From positions 142,192 through 206,191 of the forward strand of contig CALHAG010000002.1 in assembly GCA_937934305.1 (NCBI GenBank): a stretch of DNA of 64,000 nt, read 5' to 3'. The notes beneath the pieces are model-generated. The model saw nothing but the letters and a program-made list of their open reading frames with translations, had not been told where the DNA came from and searched no databases. Of the stretch, positions 47,388 to 56,879 are shown piece by piece. The first letter of the stretch is position 1. Each line of letters opens with the position of its first letter. The translations under genes and the position numbers were made by a program. The DNA comes from Candidatus Caldarchaeum subterraneum (GTDB lineage Archaea; Thermoproteota; Nitrososphaeria_A; Caldarchaeales; Caldarchaeaceae).

Positions 47388-47901
47388 CTCTTCTCAAGAC
47401 ATACACCATGCTGCTGACCATTGCGCTGAAGCTGGTCACGGCGACGAAGGTCCACAGCCTGCTCTCCACGTTGAAAACCCGCTCCACAACGTCTCCATGG
47501 CTGGTCTCCATCCTCACTATGAACGTGGCCCTCGGGTAGGAGAATATGCGCCAAGAGGTTTCAGCGACACCTGATTCATCTGTGGAAACCTCTATAGATT
47601 CTCTAAACTCGGCATACTGTATCCTCAGCCTAGTGTTCGCAACGGGTCTGCAGACCGATGCATCCATTATTGTTGTCCCGTTGTCGAGAACCTTCCAGCA
47701 CCTCCCCCCGCTTCCAACCAGGTCTTCCACAACCAGTATCCGGAAAGTATATGGCCATAGGAAGTGAGCCTCCTGGGTTCTGTCGAAGAAGATTACGACC
47801 TTGGTGGGGTTGAAGCCGTCGGTGTTTTCATCGCCTATAGCCAGTGGCGCGGCCAGAGCCAGCAGCGCCAGAGACAATAGAAGAAGGTTAAGCGGTTTCA
47901 T
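47377..47901 (-). CDS. Secreted hypothetical protein
   Basis: Signal MKPLNLLLLSLALLALAAPLAIG. 174 aa. Embedded between the two ATPase genes. Confidence 0.35.
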   Translation of the reverse strand: MKPLNLLLLSLALLALAAPLAIGDENTDGFNPTKVVIFFDRTQEAHFLWPYTFRILVVEDLVGSGGRCWKVLDNGTTIMDASVCRPVANTRLRIQYAEFRESIEVSTDESGVAETSWRIFSYPRATFIVRMETSHGDVVERVFNVESRLWTFVAVTSFSAMVSSMVYVLRRGVW

Positions 47902-50683
47902 ACAGCATCTCCCTCCTGCTCATCCTCCTGCTCACCAGGGCCCTCTTGTCAGGCTCTATGCGGAAGAACAGCGGCCTGGGGTCGACGCTCCACTTGAGGA
48001 AGGCCTCGCCTGTCCCGAAGCCCTCCAGCCTCCTCCTCTCCTCGTCTGTCAGGTTAAGCAGCCTCTGGGCGTTCAGGGCCTCGCCCGGGTTACCGTAGCC
48101 GAAGGCAATCGTTGTGGAAACGAGTGCCGCCACGGTCGGGACACCTCTTCTCTTAGCCATGTCAGCCTCCTGAAGCAGGTCGTCGAGCAGATGCGTTATC
48201 ATGACGTAGCTGGTGCCGAACTTTCTCTCCTCCCTGAGGTGGGTACCGAGAGGGACTTCGCCGGCTTTTCCCAGCAAGAACTTGTGGCCCTCGTCGATTA
48301 TCACCATAAGCCTCACACCCTCCTTAACCTCTTGGCTGAGCATGTAATCATGTATGTGCTCGAGAATGCTCCAAGTGATTAGCCTCTGCATGTCGTCGCT
48401 CATACGCACCTGCCCGCCGCCAGACTGGGCGCGGAAACTCACTATCACGACACCTCCCTCCACCAGCAAATCCTTCAACATCACATCGGTCCTATCAAGC
48501 GCGAAAGCGCCCTCCGCATAGGGCCTCAGCCTCCTCTCTAGGTCAAGCAGCAGCGTTACGGCTGCGTCGAGCTCAGGCGAGCCTCCCCGCGAGATAACCA
48601 GCTTCTCAGCCTCTCTTCTCCTCCACGCAACATATGCATAGAGCTGGGCCATAGTACATTTAGACAGGTTCTCATCCCTCCATGTGGAGGGGTCTGAGTC
48701 ATCAACTCCGCCTATCCTCTTGTACATCAGCTTAAGCCCTTGGTAGAGTATGCTGGATTGGGTGGGCTGAAGCGGTATAGCATTGGGCAAAACCGCGTCC
48801 ACGAATCTGCTTATCCTCTGCTCGGGCGCTAGGCCTGAGAGAAGCAACGGGTTGTATTTCTTGTTGCAGAGGTCTACGACGGTGACCTTCAAGCCCATGG
48901 AGCGGAGCTCGTCAGCCTCGGCGGCGTATTCTCCGGCCGGGTCTATTATGATGACGGCGGGAGGCTTCCCCGTGCCAGAGTATTTGCTGAGGCCATCTAT
49001 CCTGAAGAGCAGCGTCTTTATCAGGGTGGACTTGCCGGTGCCGGGCGAGCCTAGCACAAGCATATGCGGGTTATGCAGCATCGACGGGTTCCAGTACACA
49101 GGCCTGCCATACTCGTCTCTGCCGAGGTATACGCCGTCCTTGGGCATTATTGGCCGGCGTCTGAAAGCCAGCGGGCTGACGGCCACGAAGTCCCTCGTCA
49201 ACGCTTTGACAACCGGTATCGGGTTGGGGTCGAAGACGGCTCTACGCGGCTGAGGAAGGTACATGAACCTGTGGCACAGCGCCGCTCCCCAGCCGTCTCC
49301 AACCACCTTTGTCGTGAAATTCATTGTGTCGAGGAGGCTGCGGGCCTCGTGAAGCTCCTTATCCAGCTTATCCAACTCTCTCCAGGAAACGTCTCCCGAG
49401 GCTCTAGCCCTAACCTCTACAACAAGGCTCATCAGGTAGGGCCTCTCCCCATGAGTTATTCTATCCGCCACATTCATGCTGCGGCCCGCTTTCAAGTAGC
49501 CGGACACGGCGCCGCCGACCTGAGCATCCATGCCGTACAGGTCAGCCCTTGCCATGGCGAGCTTGATTGTGTCGCCCACGGGCTGGGGAACTATGTGGAG
49601 AACAACCCTGAAGTCTTTGAGGGTGTAGATGAGGTTGTTGAAAGATGCGAGATACATGGCCAGCCTCCGCTCAATGTCTTCGGATGACAGGTCTCTGTTG
49701 TTGTTTCCAGTGACGGATAGATACTTCGATGCAATGGTCTCGCCATTGACGCGTCTAACCAATACGCCGTCCTCAAGGATGGAGTATTCCCCGCCTCCAA
49801 GGCTCCAGTGGGTATGTCTACCGGACAGCTTGCAGGTGGCTTTGGATACGCTGTTCGCCGCCCTGACGGTTAGTAGGAGGCCGATTATCCCGCTGATGAG
49901 GATTGTTGTCCCCAGTATTCCCAGCCCCGTGCTGAGCATTGATGTAAACAATGTCGCAAACGATGCGCTGCCGAGGATTATCACATGGTGCTTGGAGGGC
50001 TTGTAGGCGGCCTCGTCGCTGACGGCTATTTGATGACCCATGTATGACGCGTCGTCTATCACAACCGTTCCAATGCCTTCCATGCTTGTTGCAAGCGTTT
50101 TAGCAGCGGCCTCGACAGCGTGTACAGCGCCCTCCTCATCGCCCTCAACCACCTCGGAGTAGAGAACTATGTACGCGTATTCTCCTTGAGGCGACCTATC
50201 GATGATAAGCTTCGCCTCAACGTCGGCGAGGCCCTCTACAGCCTTCACCATTCTATCTAGTAGAAGCATCCTCTCATGCGCCGTCGTTGTTTCATAGTTT
50301 TTCTGCACGTCGGCTATCTTCAGCATCTTGACGGCGTAGCCTCTGCGCCTCCTCCTATCCTCGAAGAGCAGGGTTACTTCGCCGGGTTTTCTGGGGCCCT
50401 CGAAGAGCCTTATCTTGGTGGGCACACGCAGAGAATATGGGATATCAGGTGCGACGGCGAACCAGAAAGCCGTGGATGGAACGTTTTTCCTAAGGTATCC
50501 GACGGCGGCTGGATAGCTTCTCCTAGCGGCCAGCAGGGCTAGAAACACCGCCGGAAACAGGATAGCCATGTAGGGGGTATACGGAGCCAGTTGAGGGCTT
50601 AAGCCTATTATAGCTAATGTAACCAGTATAAGCCCGCCGAAGAAAAGCGGCCCGATGCCCAGAACCTTAGCAAGAACCCCCAT
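47888..50683 (-). CDS. VirB4/TrbE/CedB-like conjugation-type ATPase with N-terminal TM helices
   Basis: Walker A HMLVLGSPGTGKSTLIKTLL in the C-terminal half. Walker B is RLMVIIDEGHKFL. N-terminal hydrophobic helices. 931 aa. Confidence 0.65.
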   Translation of the reverse strand: MGVLAKVLGIGPLFFGGLILVTLAIIGLSPQLAPYTPYMAILFPAVFLALLAARRSYPAAVGYLRKNVPSTAFWFAVAPDIPYSLRVPTKIRLFEGPRKPGEVTLLFEDRRRRRGYAVKMLKIADVQKNYETTTAHERMLLLDRMVKAVEGLADVEAKLIIDRSPQGEYAYIVLYSEVVEGDEEGAVHAVEAAAKTLATSMEGIGTVVIDDASYMGHQIAVSDEAAYKPSKHHVIILGSASFATLFTSMLSTGLGILGTTILISGIIGLLLTVRAANSVSKATCKLSGRHTHWSLGGGEYSILEDGVLVRRVNGETIASKYLSVTGNNNRDLSSEDIERRLAMYLASFNNLIYTLKDFRVVLHIVPQPVGDTIKLAMARADLYGMDAQVGGAVSGYLKAGRSMNVADRITHGERPYLMSLVVEVRARASGDVSWRELDKLDKELHEARSLLDTMNFTTKVVGDGWGAALCHRFMYLPQPRRAVFDPNPIPVVKALTRDFVAVSPLAFRRRPIMPKDGVYLGRDEYGRPVYWNPSMLHNPHMLVLGSPGTGKSTLIKTLLFRIDGLSKYSGTGKPPAVIIIDPAGEYAAEADELRSMGLKVTVVDLCNKKYNPLLLSGLAPEQRISRFVDAVLPNAIPLQPTQSSILYQGLKLMYKRIGGVDDSDPSTWRDENLSKCTMAQLYAYVAWRRREAEKLVISRGGSPELDAAVTLLLDLERRLRPYAEGAFALDRTDVMLKDLLVEGGVVIVSFRAQSGGGQVRMSDDMQRLITWSILEHIHDYMLSQEVKEGVRLMVIIDEGHKFLLGKAGEVPLGTHLREERKFGTSYVMITHLLDDLLQEADMAKRRGVPTVAALVSTTIAFGYGNPGEALNAQRLLNLTDEERRRLEGFGTGEAFLKWSVDPRPLFFRIEPDKRALVSRRMSRREMLYETA

Positions 50684-50687
50684 GCTT

Positions 50688-51089
50688 TCACCTCCTCATC
50701 TTCACAACCAGCGCCACGGCGAAGGTGGACACGCCCACGATTAACGCGGCGAGCAGATGACCACTTATAGCCAGAACACCTGTGAACACGCCGCCGATTA
50801 TCAGGTATTTGCGCAGGCCAGCGTCGTAGGACACTTTCCTAGACGAGGGGCGCCTGCCACCTTTCTTGAGCAGGTCGACGGGCCTGCCGTTTTCATCCCT
50901 GATGTATGGGTCGTCGGGGTCTCTCGGCGTAGCCTCCTCCTCTCTTCGCCAGCCTCTCCTCAAGCCAAACTCATCTTCCTCACTCATTTTTCTCCTCACC
51001 ATTTTTCTTGTTTGAATTCTCCCCAGCCTGCCTCCATTCGGGAGGCATCTGGGACTCGGTATCGCCCACATCATTCTCCTTTTTTCCAA
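50688..51089 (-). CDS. Small C-terminally TM-anchored protein (VirB3-like position immediately upstream of the VirB4-like gene)
   Basis: C-terminal TM YLIIGGVFTGVLAISGHLLAALIVGVSTFAVALVV. The likely real start is the internal MSEEDEF, because the annotated N-terminus overlaps the upstream gene. Confidence 0.3.
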   Translation of the reverse strand: MEKRRMMWAIPSPRCLPNGGRLGRIQTRKMVRRKMSEEDEFGLRRGWRREEEATPRDPDDPYIRDENGRPVDLLKKGGRRPSSRKVSYDAGLRKYLIIGGVFTGVLAISGHLLAALIVGVSTFAVALVVKMRR

Positions 51090-54000
51090 AGTCTCCCCAA
51101 CTCATGTGTTCCGAAACATCCTGCGGCTCGGCGCTGGGCTCGCTTCCCGCCGTCCACCACGGCACCTTGAACTCGCCATCTGATTCGGAGCCAACCCGTT
51201 CAACAAAAGAGGCAGCGTCCTCCCTCTTTCCCAGAGAGTCGGCTACGCTGAAGAACTCGTCCAGAGTCCTCGGGTCATCGGCACCGGAGAAAATCTTCTC
51301 CCTGAGGCTATCCATGTACTGCTGCTGGGCCTCGGCCACGCCGGGGTCCGGCTGATAATCCGCTGGAGAGACATCGTAGCCCTTCGCCGGAGCAGCATGG
51401 GACATGCGCGCCCCCATCTCCTCCATCACTTTCATGAACTCGTCCAGCTCGTTCTTCGACACCTCGTAGGTCCCCATGTTCGTCTCCACGACAACCCTGT
51501 CGCCGCCGTCCACGAGGTTGGTGAGCCTGAAGTCAGGGTCATACGGGTTGGCGACAATCCACATATACTCGCCGATTCTCTCCTCGAATCTTCTAAAGTC
51601 CTCGGGCGTGCCGTAGGACCTGTGCATGTCGTAGGCGTGTTTGACGTCCGATGGGTCTCCTCCATAGTCATGCTGCTTTATGACGGGCTGCTCAGCCGTC
51701 CCCGCTGGGTGAAGTATGCCGGTCCTGAACTCAGGAACATAGGCAGGCGTCACCAACGGCCTAACGCCCTCGGGGGTGAAGGGGTTGTTATCCGCGGCGA
51801 GGCTGAACGCCGCCGGAGCCCTTATCTTTCCGTCGAGCTGGTCAGATATGTATCCGAAGAAGGCGCCGGCGCTTACATGGCCTGAGGCTGACAGCCTCGT
51901 GCTCATCCAGTCAGCAGCCTTCCCAACCGTTGGGGAGAGGATGCCCTCGACAAGGGATGCGCCAACAACGTGTTTGCCGAAGTCGCTTTTCGCGAAGCTG
52001 TCAACCAAGGCAATTCTCTCCGACATTGTTGAGGACTTGAGCATGTTTGCGAAGCCTTGCGCCACCTTCTCTGGACGCGCCTCAACCATCCTGCTCTGCT
52101 TAGCCCATCCTATCAAGAGGTCAGCCTTACGCATGGCCTCCTCCTGTGAATAGCCTTTCATCATGAGCCTCTCCGCATAGGCGTTTCTCACGGCTTCGGC
52201 GAACTTCGGGTCGCTTCTGACAGCGGACATGGCGACATTGGCGGTGTAGCTCCTTGTCATCACTCCGAGAACCAGCCTCTCAGCCCTTGCGACAATGCCT
52301 CTCTTGCCCTCAAGCTCCCGCTTCTTGTCCAGCATCCGCTCCATGACGCCGGAGAACCTTGTCCTCTCAGCGAATTTTTCCCACGACGCCCTGTTCCTCT
52401 CCCTCGCCTCTGTGGCGGCTTTGAGAAGCTGGTTCTCCTGCCTCCTCTGAATCCATCTAGCGATAAAGTCCACCCGGGACATCCGCTTAACCGCTGAAGC
52501 ATATGTTGTGAAGAACTTGGCCGCATGAGTGATGTTGCCAACCTTTGAGAAGAAGAAATGCATCATCACGCTTTGACCACCTACAAGCGACTGGAAAGTA
52601 TCTATGATGAGGGCTAGAAGACCAACAGCGATGCCTATGGCGAACGCCTGCCCTATCAATTCAGAGAGAGGCTTCAGAATAGCGACGCTCCCCGACCCAA
52701 CCATCAGGATGGGCAGAGTAGATATCGGAATATTGCTTCCAGCATACGCTCCATACGCGTTTCTGTAAAACGTCTCCGAAATGGTTCTGGCGAGAGGAAT
52801 GTTGGTGTCGAACACTGTGGCGTTAGTCTCCCAGTTCTGCTCCCTGTATGTGAGGAGGGCTGCGTTTATTCTCCGTGTAGCCTCATGACTAGGCCCATCC
52901 CTGTAAAGCCCCTGCCTAAAGTTCTGGTACCTAGCCCACTCGCCTCTAAAATTGTCCACGGAAATGCCTAGAATATTGTCGGGCACGTAGCCTCCCGACG
53001 CGAGCTGCCGAGTATACTCCCTGTCCTCGTCGAACTTGTGCCACTCTACCGGAGGCAGGTAAGGCATGGACTCGGAGGCCGTGAAGATGACCCTGAAGCT
53101 GTAGCTTAGGCTGTCGGGGACCTCTGGATAGCCGTCGTAGCTATCCCTTATGATTGTCTGGTTAGCTGTCACGAAGACTTTCTTCTGCTGGGTTGGGGCA
53201 TTCAATTCAAGAGGCTCGTTGCGGTCGATTGCTTCTACGCTCTGCGGCAGAGTGTAGGGGCCGTATCCATCTATGAAGCCCGCCGCCATAATCTCCTCGA
53301 AGCTTGAATCCAGAACGGTATGGTTCCATGTAGGTGGGTTTGATGTGGACGGCCTAAACTCGTAACTCCATGATGGTGTGCCGAGGCGTCTCTCGCATAC
53401 GTCGGTGCCGTTGACCGGGCCTCCATATATCGGGTCTATATGCCAGCAGACATCATAGTCATCCATGTTGAGGTAGACGAAGTATACGCTCTTGTTTCCG
53501 CTATAGTCGCCGCGGGTGTAGTAGTGCCAGCGCCAACAAGTCTCGGTGGTGGAGGAGTTGCCATCGGTCTCGCATGTGTATGTCTCGTTAACCGCCCACC
53601 TAAGCTCCCTCACCTTGGGCAGGGTTATACCATATATGTTCAGGTCCTCTTTCTTGGTTCCCCATGGCTGCTCCGTGAACCAGACGAAGGTTGTGTTCCT
53701 GTTGGCGGCCACCATCCAGAGACTTGTCTCGTTGTACAGGCTCGTGGACCTCCAGAAACTTTCCCACCTCTCTTTCCAAATCAGGTACGGGTTGCAAGAG
53801 ATTGAGCCATCGTCCCATCCGCCGAAGAAGAACTCCCGGTCAGGGTCAGTTCCGGTGCAGGCCATGGCGCTAGGGTCAGGGTCCTCGGGAACCTTGTGAA
53901 CTGTTATGTTGCGTGGAGAAGTGTCGTAGAGGGTCACCCACATGTTCAGGAACCAGACGCGCCTCGCGTAGGTGCCGTTAATCAGGGACATGCGGTAGCC

Positions 54001-55077
54001 CTCATCATAGGCGTTGTAGTATCCTCCGCCACCTGTGTCAAATATGGTCTTCTGAGGAGTCTTCAAAACATCTCTCATTATTTCTATTATTTGTTCGCAG
54101 GTCAGGTTGCCTCCGCGGGGCAGGTTAGCGCATACCTTGTCCCTATCTATCTCAGGAGGCTGAGTAAACTCGGCTGTTAGAAACGGGTACCACAATGTGT
54201 CGTTCTCCCTGTCATAAACCGTGTACCTCACGCCTCCCTCCATTTCGCCAACGCTCCTGCTGGCTATGCTAAGCTTCTGGATATCAGCGGCCTCCATGAT
54301 GCTGTTCTCAGCATAGCCCGGCGGAGGAGAAGCGGCTACAATGGCTACTGGGAGAGCGATGGTGAGGGTTGCACCGAGAACCATGAAGGTTTTGCCGACG
54401 CGCCTAGCGAAGGGTATCGCGAAAAGTACCAGGCCTATGGTGAATATGGCTGGGGCTACGAACTTAGCGAAGGACACGAATGCCACAACCCCCTCCATGA
54501 AGAGGACCACGCCGCTAAGCACCTTCGCTATAAACTGCAGCATGGCGAAGACGGCTCCGAAGATGAAGCTCGCTATCGCTGAGAGAAGTATTCCCACGCC
54601 CGATATCCAAGCCGGCAGAAGAGCCAGCATCATGATTGACTGGAGGGTGCCGAGAGCTATCGCCGCGTATGAAACCGCCTTCATCCACTCGAAAGCCATG
54701 TCCCTGCTGGCGCGAGCGGATGCGATGGCGTCGTCGAAGGTGGCTGTAAGCGGGAAACTGTATCCAAGGGAATGTAGGTAGCTTGAGACAATTGGTTTGA
54801 TGAGAGCTATGCTTCCTACAACGGCTAGAACCGCCACGGTTGACCAGCTATGCATCATCGCTGTGAAGCCCCAGCGCCTGAACTGGAGAATCGGGAGCCT
54901 GAACAATGCTATGCCAGAGGCATACACCAGCGCAGCCAAGCCGAAAACAATCTCAGCCTCCATAGCCATCACCCAAACCCGAGCGAAGCAGCCACCCCGC
55001 CTATGCCCTTTGAAAGGGCCGCGGCCGCAGCCGTCACTATCCCCCATCCCGCCAGCGAGCCTAACGCGAACCTCCAC
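50980..55077 (-). CDS. Giant (1365 aa) membrane protein: N-terminal polytopic domain (VirB6/CedA-like?) plus ~1000-aa extracellular W/Y/N-rich domain
   Basis: ~7 TM helices in the first ~330 aa, then ASPPPGYAENS, followed by many NxT/S sequons (NDTL, NGTY, NITV, NETS, NRTT, NGTD...). The likely real start is the internal MAMEAEIVFGL. Confidence 0.5.
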   Translation of the reverse strand: MEVRVRLAGGMGDSDGCGRGPFKGHRRGGCFARVWVMAMEAEIVFGLAALVYASGIALFRLPILQFRRWGFTAMMHSWSTVAVLAVVGSIALIKPIVSSYLHSLGYSFPLTATFDDAIASARASRDMAFEWMKAVSYAAIALGTLQSIMMLALLPAWISGVGILLSAIASFIFGAVFAMLQFIAKVLSGVVLFMEGVVAFVSFAKFVAPAIFTIGLVLFAIPFARRVGKTFMVLGATLTIALPVAIVAASPPPGYAENSIMEAADIQKLSIASRSVGEMEGGVRYTVYDRENDTLWYPFLTAEFTQPPEIDRDKVCANLPRGGNLTCEQIIEIMRDVLKTPQKTIFDTGGGGYYNAYDEGYRMSLINGTYARRVWFLNMWVTLYDTSPRNITVHKVPEDPDPSAMACTGTDPDREFFFGGWDDGSISCNPYLIWKERWESFWRSTSLYNETSLWMVAANRNTTFVWFTEQPWGTKKEDLNIYGITLPKVRELRWAVNETYTCETDGNSSTTETCWRWHYYTRGDYSGNKSVYFVYLNMDDYDVCWHIDPIYGGPVNGTDVCERRLGTPSWSYEFRPSTSNPPTWNHTVLDSSFEEIMAAGFIDGYGPYTLPQSVEAIDRNEPLELNAPTQQKKVFVTANQTIIRDSYDGYPEVPDSLSYSFRVIFTASESMPYLPPVEWHKFDEDREYTRQLASGGYVPDNILGISVDNFRGEWARYQNFRQGLYRDGPSHEATRRINAALLTYREQNWETNATVFDTNIPLARTISETFYRNAYGAYAGSNIPISTLPILMVGSGSVAILKPLSELIGQAFAIGIAVGLLALIIDTFQSLVGGQSVMMHFFFSKVGNITHAAKFFTTYASAVKRMSRVDFIARWIQRRQENQLLKAATEARERNRASWEKFAERTRFSGVMERMLDKKRELEGKRGIVARAERLVLGVMTRSYTANVAMSAVRSDPKFAEAVRNAYAERLMMKGYSQEEAMRKADLLIGWAKQSRMVEARPEKVAQGFANMLKSSTMSERIALVDSFAKSDFGKHVVGASLVEGILSPTVGKAADWMSTRLSASGHVSAGAFFGYISDQLDGKIRAPAAFSLAADNNPFTPEGVRPLVTPAYVPEFRTGILHPAGTAEQPVIKQHDYGGDPSDVKHAYDMHRSYGTPEDFRRFEERIGEYMWIVANPYDPDFRLTNLVDGGDRVVVETNMGTYEVSKNELDEFMKVMEEMGARMSHAAPAKGYDVSPADYQPDPGVAEAQQQYMDSLREKIFSGADDPRTLDEFFSVADSLGKREDAASFVERVGSESDGEFKVPWWTAGSEPSAEPQDVSEHMSWGDFGKKENDVGDTESQMPPEWRQAGENSNKKNGEEKNE

Positions 55078-55811
55078 ATCTTCATCAAAGTGTTGTTTTC
55101 AGGGTTGAGGAGCCACGCAACCAAGTCGAAGACGTTCTGCGGATTGGGTAGAACAAAGTCAGCCAGACTACATGCGTTTGCCTCTCCGGCTCCGCATGCG
55201 AGCAACCCTATAGCGGGTATGTAGGGCCCTGCGGCCACGAAAGCTATTGAAGCCGCTATAAACCATGCGCCTATTCCCCTGAGCTTTCCTCCGGGGACAG
55301 CCAGCAGGGCCACGCCAAGGGGAGCGAGGACCACTGCTAGCGAGCCGAAGACCGTTAAAAACACCATCAAGGTGAAGCTTGTTATAAGCGTCACGGAGAG
55401 GGCTAGACCCGGCAGAGAGGCGATTACGCTAAAGATGTTGGCTATCGCCGGCCCCACTATAGGTATCAGAGCGGTCCCCATTCCTATCCCCGTAATGATG
55501 GCCAGCAGCGAGAAGGCCTTATTGCCTACAGTCAAATACAGCGTTGGAAGGTCAGAACACTCAATCCTCGGAGCGGCTATAGAAGATGAAACAATATTGA
55601 TTAAACCATTGATAGAATTGGCTACGCCTAGGACGGCTACGACGCCGGCAGCCACGAGGCTGTATGAGATTAGGTGACCGCCCCATGAGCTGCCGCTTCC
55701 GCCCGGCAAAGGGGTTCTATGCAGGGCTAAGCCAACCGCATAGCCCAGGCTGACAAGGGCCCAGGCGACGGCGGCGTATTCACCCAACCCCGCGTAGGTA
55801 CAGCTAATCAT
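54969..55811 (-). CDS. Polytopic membrane protein (CedA/VirB6-like candidate)
   Basis: 280 aa with ~7 hydrophobic helices. Sits between the pilin candidate and the giant membrane protein. Confidence 0.4.
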   Translation of the reverse strand: MISCTYAGLGEYAAVAWALVSLGYAVGLALHRTPLPGGSGSSWGGHLISYSLVAAGVVAVLGVANSINGLINIVSSSIAAPRIECSDLPTLYLTVGNKAFSLLAIITGIGMGTALIPIVGPAIANIFSVIASLPGLALSVTLITSFTLMVFLTVFGSLAVVLAPLGVALLAVPGGKLRGIGAWFIAASIAFVAAGPYIPAIGLLACGAGEANACSLADFVLPNPQNVFDLVAWLLNPENNTLMKMWRFALGSLAGWGIVTAAAAALSKGIGGVAASLGFG

Positions 55812-55848
55812 CTAAACCGCCTCAAAAAAAGGAGGGGGGATGTGGTGT

Positions 55849-56373
55849 TCAACTTGGCACGTCCCAGGGACCGCCTATAGGTATAGACGAGCCCTGCCCT
55901 GACGCTGCCACAGCCACGTCGGCTGCGAATTTTATGATGTAGAGGCCCAGCGCGGTCAGCCCGCCGACTATCAGCGCGCTGTCAATCAGTTGTCCGGCGC
56001 CCTCCTTGGTCCTGTGAGACCCTAGAGGCAGGAACTTTATCGCTATCCCCGCGCCCAGCAGAGCCATCGCAATCAGCAGGAGAAGCTGCTGAAACCCTTG
56101 CAACGGCTCCCTAATCAAGTTTGCAACCCCTCCCGCGCCCGCTGCGTGAACCGTCTGAGACGCCAGAGCCGTCGCCGCCAGTTGCACAGCCGTCAATGCC
56201 GCAGGCCTGAGCCGTGCCAACACCTTTCCCATTCTCCAAGCCTTGTGGGTTTTCATGGTCGCTTCGAGACCGTCTCCGAACATGATAATAGATAAACTTT
56301 TGGTGGCAAACCTGAACGAGAACTGAACGAAAGTTGAACGTAAGTTGAACGAGGAGAAACTATTTTCGGTCAA
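55849..56373 (-). CDS. VirB2/TrbC/CedA1-like pilin candidate; the probable true start is the ATG at 56256
   Basis: From the internal Met: MKTHKAWRMGKVLARLRPAALTAVQLAATALA (signal-like), then two hydrophobic helices separated by a short charged loop (GSHRTKEGAG). The annotated N-terminal 39 aa read through the promoter/repeat region. Confidence 0.4.
   Translation of the reverse strand: MTENSFSSFNLRSTFVQFSFRFATKSLSIIMFGDGLEATMKTHKAWRMGKVLARLRPAALTAVQLAATALASQTVHAAGAGGVANLIREPLQGFQQLLLLIAMALLGAGIAIKFLPLGSHRTKEGAGQLIDSALIVGGLTALGLYIIKFAADVAVAASGQGSSIPIGGPWDVPS
56282..56300 (-). promoter_or_regulatory. Candidate TATA-like promoter for the 15-gene minus-strand array
   Basis: The minus strand reads AAAAGTTTATCTATTATCATG ~27-45 nt upstream of the ATG at 56256. 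It lies immediately next to the TGAACG array. Confidence 0.3.
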
Positions 56374-56481
56374 GGTATCTGTGAAGTGGCTGAATTTTGG
56401 CGAATTAGGCTGACCATAATTACTCGGCCGTCGTTCAATTCTCGTTCAGTTTACGTTCAACTTTGCCACCAAAAATTTATA
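56295..56481. repeat. ~55-bp inverted repeat (arms 56295-56354 and 56428-56481) carrying TGAACG boxes at exact 11-bp phasing
   Basis: Left arm TTTTGGTGGCAAACCTGAACGAGAACTGAACGAAAGTTGAACGTAAGTTGAACG has TGAACG at 56313, 56324, 56335 and 56346. Right arm CGTTCAATTCTCGTTCAGTTTACGTTCAACTTTGCCACCAAAAA has CGTTCA at 56432, 56443 and 56454. A third direct copy of the right arm is at 56880-56934. Confidence 0.7.
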
Positions 56482-56635
56482 TAGGGTTCTTCATGATGTC
56501 AACTAGGCTATTTAAAGGTAAATGGTTAATGCCATGTAAAAAATCGGCTTATTTCGCCATAACTCGCCAATCCAGAAGAAATGGTGGAAGAGACGGAAAA
56601 AGCCCAGTTTTAGTGGATTGACGTAATGCAAGCTC

Positions 56636-56760
56636 GTTTTTGACAATATTTGGTCAACCCCCATCCGTGGAGAGGCGAAATTTCCGGGAATTAGGGCGGA
56701 TTATATGTTGACCGAAATTAGTCAGAGTTTGGTATTACGCCCCGTTTCTAGAGCCTAGAG
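56636..56760. repeat. Copy of the composite palindrome-containing repeat unit (degenerate palindrome TTGACAATATTTGGTCAA)
   Basis: TTGACAATATTTGGTCAACCCCCATCCGTGGAGAGGCGAAATTTCCGGGAATTAGGGCGGATTATATGTTGACCGAAATTAGTCAGAG. Confidence 0.6.
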
Positions 56761-56879
56761 AGGATGAGTTTCGGGTCTTTAAGTCTACGGATTCCGCAAA
56801 ACAGACAAATATTAAGACATTTGACGAAAAAATGGATATGATGAGTGATGGTTTTAGACGGTGACCGAAATTACTCAGC

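Noticed and set aside
55849-56373. Full-length 174-aa version of the pilin candidate
   Set aside because: Its first 39 codons read through the putative TATA box and the TGAACG array. The signal-peptide-like sequence begins at the internal Met (56256), which I take as the real start.
36713-56373. The whole 36.7-56.4 kb array as an integrated conjugative plasmid
   Set aside because: It has no integrase and no flanking tRNA or att duplication. It also contains a canonical Hel308, a core chromosomal helicase. A chromosomal Ced/Ted-like system is more parsimonious. The 57.5-63.5 kb segment looks more like a mobile-element remnant.
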